64,000 nucleotides of DNA from Paraspadella gotoi (lineage: Eukaryota > Animalia > Chaetognatha): the NCBI GenBank assembly GCA_051294375.1, contig CM119270.1:684956-748955 (forward strand), given 5' to 3'. The notes under the pieces were generated by a model, which was given only the letters and a program-made list of their open reading frames with translations, was not told where the DNA came from and did not search any database. This document shows, piece by piece, positions 44,871 to 55,059 of this stretch. Both the position numbers and the translations under genes were made by a program. Every line of letters starts with the position of its first letter. The stretch's first letter is position 1.

Positions 44871-46040
44871 TTTTAGTCGGATCTGCTTATCAGCAGATCC
44901 CGACTCTATAACTCACTTTTTTAACTCACCTTTTTTCGGTCCGTACGGTCCGGCCCCCTCAAATATTGTCGGGCACACACTTATATATTCATTGTCAGAT
45001 AACATCGAATTATTGATAAAATTATGCAAAAAAAAATTGATGGTCCATGCGCCGTTCCACGTAACCGGCTCTGTCTGGGCCCGCCCTCCTGTCCGTCCTC
45101 CGTCCCACCTTAGCAAAAAACACCAAAATTACTTCGTGGTTGAATGGATGGGGATTTATAATGAAATATGTGTGTGGATAGGTAAGTGTGTGATTGAGCT
45201 GGATATTAAGTTTCGATGAATCGTCCGAGTGGAAATGAAGATTTAAACTCGAATCAACAAAAAAAATATATTCACTAATTGAACACCAATTGGCTCATGC
45301 AGTGGATGGCTGAATTGACCTGGAATTTTGTATGTGGTAGGAAAAGTGTGTTGATTTGAACAGGAAATCCAAAGTTTCGGATGGAATAGTTGAGTGCGAA
45401 ATGAAGTTTAAATTGGAATAAAAACAAAAAACCTGTTTTACTAATGCATTAAATGCTTCTTTTTCCTTTTATTATTAAATGTATCTGCAGGGATGTATTA
45501 ATAAATCTAATAATTAACAGTAATTAATCAATTAGTAAATATAATAATCAATAATTAGATTAATTTAGTCATCATCCGTCCATCCGTCCCATCTTATGCA
45601 AAAGCTCCAATAACTTCGTGAATTGGCTGGTTGGATTGAATTAAATTGTTGTGTCGTGGGTTAGGAAAGGTGTGTTCGATAAAGCTGGATTTATAAAATT
45701 TCGATGGAATCGTGTGCAGTCGATAATTAGTTTAAATGAAAAAAACATTAAGTCGAATTTACTAAAATCTACTTATTTTAACCAATAAATACTCCCAATA
45801 ATCATAATTGATGGATAGATTGTAGTTTGAAATTTCTTGTGTGTGGCGTAGGAAAACCGCTATGACGAAGCTTGATATACAAGTTTTCAGTGGAAACGTA
45901 CCAGTGAAAGAGTTTCATATTGCAAAATAAATATTGAGTCACTATTTACTTGGAATTTTTTTACCCCCTTTATTTTAAACCCATGATAGATTGAGATAAT
46001 TTTGTGAGCCCAGTAAGAAAGCGCTCTGATGAAGAAGATA
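44871..46040 (+). mobile_element. Helentron/DINE-1-like (HINE-like) non-autonomous element
   Basis: T-run, then hairpin AGTCGGATCTGCT-TATC-AGCAGATCCCGACT, then CTATAA, then ggtccgt/gtccgtcc GTCY-type microsatellite, then four degenerate ~130-150-bp core units containing aa(g/a)tttcgatg(g)aat. Confidence 0.55.
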
Positions 46041-47149
46041 TGACTCAACTATTCTGGATGTTCCATATTCCCCCTCCCTTACCCCCCCCGCCCCCCTCTC
46101 TCATCTCCTCTCTCTCTCTCTTTGACGTCCAATGGACAGAACAATTGCGAATTTTTTGCGAATCGAACTAAAAATCATTGATCTGAATAACAATTGAAGA
46201 ATATTGTATCTGTTGTCTTCTTATCTCCTAAGTCTTCTGTTCTCTTCGTCTCTTCCTCCTCTCTTGCTATTTTTACACAATCCATTCCTCCCTCCCCTCA
46301 CTCCCTCTTTCCCTCTCTCCTTTCCCTCTTCTCCTCATCTTCTCCCTCGCCTCTCCTTCTCTTCCTCTCTTTCCTCTTCCCTCTCCTCTCTCTCTCCCTC
46401 CCCCCTTAACTATCTCCGCAATAACTTCTTACTGGTTATATTTTTTATCCTTCTGCCCCTTTCGCCGGTAAACTTCGATTAAAATTTCCGTTCGGCGTCG
46501 TTACTTTGGTTTCGGCAGTTCGTTGTCTAATTTGGTGATAACATGAGAAGGTGAGTGAATAAAAATGGAGGTTAGAATGAGTTCACTGGTGGTTCGTTGG
46601 AGGGGGTGTTGAGTGTGTCTATTGATGGCTGATGTCTTGGGGCTGTAGTTGGATAGTGTTAGGCGTCCAAAGCCACTCCATCCGAAAGTTGATTAGGGTC
46701 TACTCGCCCGATTTTATGGTGATTACATTTCGTCTTTTTCTGTGTTGGTTATTTCCTCCGTCTCTTTTTTCTGTGGAGACTAGAGTGATAGAGAGAGAGA
46801 GAAAGAGAGAGAGATGAGAGGAGAGAGAAGGAAAGAAGAGATGAAAGGACGAGATGAGAGAGAGAGAAGAGATGATGAATCGAGGAACTAGACATAATAT
46901 GGGCGGAGGTGTGTGGGTGTGTGGGATATGTGGTTTGAGTAGGATGGACTTCAGTTGGGGGGACTTGAGCTTTGTGTTGGTTGGGGTGTGTATGGGCATG
47001 GTTGGATTTGATTTTGAGGATGAGAGACTTGATTACATTTTTCTCTCTTATGTTGATTTCGACTTTTGACATGAACGGAACGATGTAGAACTTAAGGGTC
47101 GGTAAAATCTACAATGGGGTAGTCTCTTTCTCCTTCTTTCTTGGTTCTG

Positions 47150-47206
<57 letters not shown>

Positions 47207-47480
47207 TCTCTCTTTCTCTCTCTCTCTCTCTCTTTCTCTTTAAAGGATTACAAAACGAATTTATAAGTTTTTTTTCTTATTTTTTTCGCCAAAGGAAAAT
47301 AAAACGCTTTTCTTGTAAATGGAAAAGAGGTTTAAGTGTTTTCGTGTCCTTTTCTTGTTTTGCAAAACATTTTCTCACTCTCATTCTCTCTCTCTCTCTC
47401 CCTTTCTCCGTCTTTCTCCTTGTATATTTTTGGTTGCAGATTCTCGTTATAAAAATTGCAATTCACTTGTTTAACTTCGG

Positions 47481-47756
47481 AGTCGGGCATTGCGTAAGTT
47501 TGTGGATAAGGCGCTACGTGGGTTGTAGATGACTGTCCGTAACTTCTATAACCCCCTCTAGCAGCCATGGAACGGGTCCCTGGGCTTGGAACCAGGCTTG
47601 AGTGTTTTCCACGCCCCCAAGGCGGCTTACGGCCGTCCTCACGCTTCCCGCAGGGTGGGTACCGAGTTGGGATTGAACGGTCATGAGCTGATGGCTTTAC
47701 TCAATAAGCCACCGGGTCATGCTTATAGGTAGGGTGAACCTGGGCAATGCCCGACT
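47481..47756 (-). mobile_element. tRNA-derived SINE-like element S1 bounded by 13-bp inverted repeats
   Basis: AGTCGGGCATTGC (47481-47493) and GCAATGCCCGACT (47744-47756) are perfect inverted repeats; tRNA-like head at ~47720-47668; body homologous to 47834-47946. Confidence 0.7.
47552..47632 (-). ncRNA. Twister-ribozyme-like remnant within S1
   Basis: Minus strand CCTGG-TTCCAAGC-CCAGG hairpin (47596-47579) resembles twister P4/L4 (U-CCC-AA-GC), with downstream GAGGGGGTT and upstream TAA-gcc-GC; P1/P2 not convincingly paired. Confidence 0.35.
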
Positions 47757-47757
47757 A

Positions 47758-47960
47758 CAAGTTCACACCACCTATAAACATGACACCTTCAGTCGTGACC
47801 CGCTGGCTCATTAAGAAGACCCCTAGGTACCGGGTTCAATCCCAACACGGTACCTACCCTGCGGGACGAACCAGGACGGCCGTAAACCGCATAAGAGGCC
47901 TGGAAAACCCCCAAGCCTGGTTCCAAGCCATGGAACCATTTCATGGCCTTATCTACAACT
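47758..47960 (+). mobile_element. Second S1 element, head-to-head with the first
   Basis: A-box-like tggctcattaag (47804-47815), B-box-like gggttcaatccc (47832-47843); body accctgcggg..ggacggccgtaa..ccaagcctggttccaagcc is similar to the reverse complement of 47584-47679, differing mainly by substitutions. Confidence 0.7.
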
Positions 47961-48430
47961 TTATCAAACTAAATTCACAAATCATATCTACTTGTATGTT
48001 TTACATATTATAAGGGAATGAGGGATGTCGTTGTTGTCTTCTGAAAATTGAGGAAGCTTGCACACATCATGAAGTTAAAACTAATTAGATATTAAACATC
48101 TTGTTGGAAAGTCCTTAATTGAAATATCAAAATATATGTCGTGTGTCACCTTGGAAAAAGGCAGAACAGAAAAAAGTTTAGTATTATCATAATTGATTTA
48201 AAATCTTTTTTGGACAAAGTAATATTCTTCCTTTAATATTTTTTTGTTCTCTTTCCTTCAACTTTCCTTTCCTCCTCTTCTTCCTCCTTTTCCTCTCTTT
48301 CCTCTCTTTCCTCCTCTTCATCCTCCTTTTCCTTTTCCTCCTTAAATCTCCTTTTTTTCTCCCAAAGAAAATAATAATTCCCTTTTCCCCTAAAATCATT
48401 AAGAGTCGACGAAAATTAGATTTCGTTCTG

Positions 48431-48469
<39 letters not shown>

Positions 48470-51400
48470 GCTTCAATAGATAATATATACCTCTTCTCTG
48501 CTTCTTCTACATCCACCCTCCCCCCCCTTCCGTTCCCCCTACGTTAACATATTGCTTCGTCTCCCTCTCTTTTCTTTCAATAATTCGATTGACGGCACGA
48601 CCATTTTTTTTCTTGGTTCAGATTTCCCGAGAGAGAGCATGGCGATTTTGTGACGTAAAGGGAGATAAGAACGTGGAGAGAGATATAGATAATAGGAAAT
48701 AAACGTTGTTGTTTTTTGTTGTAGAAAAAGAAATATATATATAAGATATAATAGTATAATGAACGTTGGCAATTATTACTTGTTTTAATGATATGGATAT
48801 TATAATATTAGATATGATTATATAGTAAAGAGAAAGAGTGAGATAGTGAGAGAGGAGAGGAGAGAGAGAGAGAGAGAGAGAAGGAGGGAGAGAGAGAGAC
48901 GCAGAGAGAGAGCAGAGGGAGAAGAGAGAAGAGAGAAGAAATATTGTTATTTATGGGTTATCAAAAGCAAAGTTTTAATGCGATTGAAAATTTTTTCCCT
49001 TTCTGCTCCTTCTTACTTCTTTCTATCTCTGCTCTCATCTCTCTCGTCTCTCTCTTCTCGTCGTCAGTCTCTCTTCTCTCTCTCTCTTCTCTCGTCTGCT
49101 CGTCTTCATTCAGCACAACAACTGCCCCAAAACTTGAACGAGAAAGGAGAAAAAAGAAAAAGTAGTGGTTATTTCATCTGCCCGCTAGGAAATCGGCTGC
49201 TAGAGCGGCGGCGGCGGGACGGCGGCGGCGGCGGGCGGCGGCGGCGGGCGGCGGCGGCGGCGGCGGTCGGCGGCGGCGGCAGCGGCTTGCGGCCGGCGGG
49301 CGGCGGGGCGGGCAGCGGCGGCGGCGTTGCGGCGGCGGGCGGCGGCACGCGGCGGCGGCGGACGGCGGCCGGCGGCAAGCGGGGGCGGGCGTCAACTCGG
49401 TTCTCCTGTCAGCACGGTGACTTGAGAGGTCACGTCGACGCGATGGACCGCTCGGGGTCTACGTGATTAGCGAAAAGACGGGAGGCGTCAGCTCGTTTTG
49501 AGGAAGAAGAGGAGGAGGTAGGTGATGGAAGATGAAGAGGGAAGGGAGGAGTAAAAGAGGAGGAGAAAGGGGAGGGGAAGAGGAGCAGCCGAGAAGAGGA
49601 GGGGGCAGGGAGAAGAATGGAGAGGGGATCGTGTTTTGGGCTGACCGTCAAAAAAAATTTCTCACGTTGGGTCGTGCGGTCGTCGGGTCGGTGCGTCGTC
49701 GTCGTCGAAGACGCCTGTCACTTTTCGCCCGCGCCTTTTGATCTGTTTTTTCGCGTGCAGGCAGAGACGAGGAGAGAGGAGGAGAGGAGAGACGGAGTGA
49801 GAGGAGAGAGAGAGAGAGAGAGTGAGCGAGAGAAGAGAGGGAAGAGAAGAGAGGAGAGAAGAGAGGAGAAAAAAGAAAGAGGAGAAGTAGAAAAGGGAAA
49901 AACCAAAGAATGGGGAGACGCGAGAGGGTTGGTTCAAGCATAAAAGATGAATCGTTCATACAGATTTCGGCTTTATTTTTGCAATCACTCCCATTTCAGT
50001 TGTTAAATGCTCTAGAATTAAGTAAGATATTGTTTTATGTTTAAAGTTAATTTAAGAATAATCGGTTAGGATTATAGTTAGTGATTAAATGTAAAGAATT
50101 AGAGGATTAGAGTTAATTTGAGTTAACAAAGAGGTTAATGATTAAGTGCGGAGACAGGTTACAAATCTCAACGTGAGTCCGGCTATAATATATTGTAAAT
50201 ATGTTTTTATTGAGCGATCATGAAAATAATAAAAAAATGTAAAGATTTATCTTATAGTTTAACGCATGGAGCTATTTTATATTATTTTTATTATTAATAC
50301 TATAATAATTTAAATTTTTTATAGATAAAGTTTTTAAATTTTTTTAATGGAGTGTCTGAGATAGGAGATGAGAGCTTTAAAAAAAGTTTAGAGGTGAAGG
50401 GTTATTATTTACACTTACGATGACTTATCTATAAATATTATAAAAAAATTATGAATGAGTAATGATTAATTTTTTGAAGTTTTTTGTTTTAATTTTAGAG
50501 GCCTATTTATTTATTTGTTTAATTTAATTTTTTTTAAAAATTTTTGTAGCACTAACCTGTTATCTTGAACTTTTTAATCTTTAGTGCAGAAATCGCATGT
50601 TTTTAAAAAAATTAATGTTTTTAAGCATTGTCTTTATAATTGTTAAAAATGGAAAATGCTTTTAATGTATGAGGAATAATCTTAATTTAAAAAAAAATAA
50701 AAATTCAAAAATCTAAATCATGAAGTTCAATTTTGATTGTAAAAAGGGATAAAAGAGACTTTTATTTAAACAGACATTTTTTAAATCAGTAAATATGTTA
50801 AAGTGATCTGGCCCTGACTTGATTAAGTATTAAAGTTTTAGTGTTAGGGATTAGTACGTTAAAGATTACAAGGTTTGAAGAGAGCGTTAGTAGCTAAGTA
50901 TTTGGTTAAGGAGAGTTAAAGATTAGGGATTGAAGGATTATGGATTATAAGTTAAGGGGCTTAGAAAGATTAATTATAAAGTCAAAATTAAGTTGCGATG
51001 GATTGAAGGGAGACAGAAATGTTGTCGTTTTTTTCTAGACAAAGAGAAAGGCGCCAGAGGAAACATGATTACTATTTCGTAGAAGGATAAATTCTGTCTT
51101 TGTCGTCGGTCGTTGTTGGTACCTTTGTTGTTGTTGTTTTTGTCGTCTGTGGCGTCGTTAGTTTTGAATGAAGAGAGAGAAAAAGATATATATATATATA
51201 TAACTAATATATATGTATGGATTTCTCACTGGATGTAACCAAAAAAAAAATAATCGGGGATGGCTTCAACAACCGTATGTCAAATACACAGGACGAACGA
51301 CGACGATGACGGACGGGGAGGATCGAACGGACGGTCGTCTTGCGCCACGATCGTCCGCCAAAAATCGTCGGGTCTTCATGCGATGCGCCTCCTGGCGAGC

Positions 51401-52318
51401 GATAAAAAAAAATATCTATATTGTCCGGAGAATCAGGAGTCGGAATCTCATTCCAGTTGTTCGTCGGTCGTCGCGTCGTCGTCTGTCGATTGGGTCGTCG
51501 TGCGTCGTGCGTCGGTCGTCTCGGGTCGTCGAGATGCCGTCCTTCCTACGTGCAAGAGAACTTCAAAATGCGATCCTGTTGCGAATTAAAAATAAATGAC
51601 GCTAAGAAACGACTCTCTCTCTCTCTCTCCTCCATCTCTCTCTCTTCTGTCTTCGTCTCCTCGTCGTCTGCAGTTCGTCTCCTCCTCTCTCTCTCTTCCC
51701 TCTCATCTCCTCCTGCTCCTCTGGAGTCCTCTCTTCGCGCCTTCATCGTCCTCCTCATCTCTCCCTCACTCGTCCGGTCTCTCTCTTCTGCTCCTCTCTG
51801 CTCTCGATTCTCCNNNNNNNNNNNNNNNNNNNNNNNNNTCTCTCTCTCTCTCTCTCTCTCTCTCTTTTCTTTCATAATTCGATTGACGCACGACCATTTT
51901 TTTTCTTGGTTCAGATTTCCGGATGCGATTTGACGTAAAGGGAGAAACGTGGATGATAATAGAATAACGTTGTTGTTTTTGTTTGAAGAAATATATATAT
52001 AGATAATAATAGTAGTATGAACGTTTGCAATATTACTTGTTTTATCGATATGGATATTATATATAGATACTGATATATATGTAAAGAAGAAAAGAGTGAG
52101 ATAGTGGAGAGAGACGACGAGAGAGAGAGAGACGAGAGAGACTGAGAAGGAGGGAGAGAGAGAGAGAGAAAGAAGAGAGAGAGAGAGAGAGAGAGAGAGA
52201 TGAGAAATATTGTTATTATGGATTAATCAAAGCAAGCTCTTAATATGGCGATTGAAAATCTTTTTTTCCTCTCCCTTCTTACTGTCTTTCTATCTCTCTC
52301 TCTCATCTTTCTCTCTCT

Positions 52319-52362
<44 letters not shown>

Positions 52363-53329
52363 TTCACCACAACAACTGCCCCAAAACTTGAACGAGAAAG
52401 AGAAACAAAAAAAAGTGGTTATTTCATCTCGCTAAGGAATCGGGCTGCAGAAGCGGCGGCGGCGGAGCGGCGGCGGCGGCGGCGGCGGCGCGGCGCGGCC
52501 GGCGGCACGGCGGCGGCGGCAGGCGCGGCGCGGCGGCCGCGGCGGCGGCAGCGGCGGCGGCGGCGGCGGCGCGGCAGCGGCGGGCACGTCAATCGTTCGT
52601 CCTGTTCACGTGACTTGAGGGTCACTCGACGCGATGGACGCTCGGGGTCACGTGATTAGCGAAAAGACGACGGTCAGTCGTTGAGGAAGAGGGAGGAGGA
52701 GAGGAAGAGAAGGGAAGAGGAGGAGGAGAGGAGGAGAAGGGGAGGGGGGAAGAGGAGCAGCGAGAAGAGGAGGGGGCAGGGAGAAGAAGAGAGGGGATCG
52801 TGATTTTGCTGACGGTCAAAAAAAATTCTCACTTGGTCGTGCGTCGTCGGTCGTCGTCGTCGTCGTCGACGACGCCTGTCACTTTTTCCCGCGCCTTTGA
52901 TCTTTTTTCGCGGTGCAGGAGAGGAGAGAGAAAGAGACGAGAGAGAGAGAGTGAGAGAGAGAGAGAGAGAGAGAAGAGAGAGAGAAGAGAGAGAGAGAGG
53001 AGAGAGAGAAAGGGAGAGAGAGGTGAGCAGGAGCACGAAGAGAGAGAAGTAGAAGGAAAAATGGGGAGAGCGAGAGGGTTGGGTTAAGAAAAAGATGAAT
53101 CGTTCATCAGATTTCGGCTTTATTTTTCAATCACTCCCCATTTCATTGTTAAATTCAGAATTAAGTAAATATTTTTTATGTTTAAAGATTAATTTAAAGA
53201 ATATGGTTCAGGATTAAGTTAGTGATTATGTAAAGAATTAAGGATATAGATTAATTTAGTAACAAAGGTTAATGATTAAGGCGGAACAGGTTACAAACTA
53301 ACTGAAGTCCGGTATAAATATTGTAAATA

Positions 53330-53760
53330 TGTTTATTAACGATCATGAAAATAAAAAAAAATTAAGATTTATCTTATAGTTAAACGCATGGAAGCTATTT
53401 TATATTATTCAAATACTATATAATATTAAAATTTTTTTATAATAAATTTTAATTTTTTTAATGGATTCTGATAGAGCTTAAAAAGTTAGATGAAGGTTAT
53501 TATTACAACTTAATGACTTATCTATAAATATTAACTAAAAAAATTAATGAATGATAATGATAATAATTTTTTAAAGTTTTTTTTAATTTTAGCCTATTTA
53601 TTATTTTTTAATTTAATTTTTTTAAATTTTTTGTACTAACCTTTATCTAACTTTTTAATCTTTATCAGAATCCATTTTTAAAAATTAATTTTTTAAGCAT
53701 TTCTTATATATTGTTAAAAATGGAAATGCTTTTATGTATGAGGAAAATTAATTTAATCAA
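53330..53760. mobile_element. AT-rich fold-back (MITE-like) element; independent copy at ~36590-36930, artefactual duplicate at ~50210-50700
   Basis: 40-bp inverted arms 53460-53499 and 53637-53676 (37/40 complementary); same arms at ~36650-36690 and ~36838-36880. Confidence 0.6.
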
Positions 53761-53869
53761 AATCTAAAATCATAAGTCAATTTGATTGTAAAAGGATAAA
53801 AGACTTTTATTACAGACTTTTTTAAATCATAAAATATGTTAAATTCTGGCCTACCTTATTAAGTATTAA

Positions 53870-53985
53870 AGTTTTAGTTTAGGGATTATAGTTAAAGATT
53901 AAGGTTTAGCGTTATAGCTAAGTATTTGGTTAAGAGTTAAAGATTAGGATTAAGGATTATGGATTAAAGTTAGGGTTAAGATTAA
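53870..53985. repeat. Degenerate TTAGG/TTAAGG-like tract
   Basis: ttaggga, ttaagg, ttaggat, ttagggttaag with ~6-7-bp periodicity; duplicate at 50835-50975. Confidence 0.6.
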
Positions 53986-54412
53986 TTAATAAAGTCAAAA
54001 TTAAGTTCATGGATTGAGGAACAGAAATGTGTCGTTTCTAGACAAGAGAGCCAGAAGACAATGATTACTTTTCGTAGGATAATTCTGTCTTTGTCGTCGT
54101 CGTTGTTGTCTTTGTTGTTGTTGTTTTTGTCGTCGTCGTCGTTGTTTGATGAAAGAGAGAGAAAGATATATATATATATATACATATATATATGGATTTT
54201 CTCACTGATAACAAAAAAATATCGATGGGTTCAACAACCGATTCAATACAAGGACGACGACGATGACGACGATGACGACGTCGTCTTCCACGTCGTCGCC
54301 ATCGTCGTCTTCATCGATGCGCCATCTGGCGAGCGAAAAAAAAATATCTAATTTCCGGAAATCAGAGAGTCGGATCTCTTTCCAGTTGTCGTCGTCGTCG
54401 TCGTCGTCGTCG

Positions 54413-54452
<40 letters not shown>

Positions 54453-54494
54453 TTCTTTCTTTCTTTCCTTCTTTCTTTTCTTTCTTTTCTTTTT

Positions 54495-54530
<36 letters not shown>

Positions 54531-54697
54531 GTCTTTCTTTTCTTTACTTTCTTTTTCTTTCTCTCTCTCTCGTCGGCAAAACCGGCCAAGAGTCGTATCG
54601 TTCGATTTTTTCTCCATCATAATCATGCGGTTGATGATCGAATGGTGTCTCTCTCTCTCTCTCTTCTCCCTCTCTCTCTCTCTCTTTCCTCTCTTCC

Positions 54698-54753
<56 letters not shown>

Positions 54754-54757
54754 GGTC

Positions 54758-54795
<38 letters not shown>

Positions 54796-55059
54796 TTCTC
54801 TCTCTCTCCTTCTACTCTCATCTCTCTCTCTGCTCTCTCTTTCTCTCGTCGTTTTCTCCCTCCTATCTTCTCTTGCTTTCTCTCTCCCCTCTCTCCTCCC
54901 CCCCCCATCCTCTGCTCGTCCTCTCCCGTCTCTCTTCTGGCTCCTCTCTCCTCCTCCTTTCTCTTCTCTCTCTGCTCTTCCCCTCTCTCTCCCTAAAGAG
55001 ACGGAGAGATAGGTTCCACGGAATTCCATTGACGGCTGAGGAAGGTGTCATCGCCGAAA

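Larger units (their letters stand above)
48560..54410 (+). repeat. Direct duplication 48560-51500 / 51860-54410 across the 25-N gap at 51814-51838
   Basis: Shared anchors ataattcgattgac..cacgaccatttt, acaactgccccaaaacttgaacgagaaag, agatgaatcgttcat and ttccagttgt; left copy is longer and insertion-rich. Confidence 0.93.
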
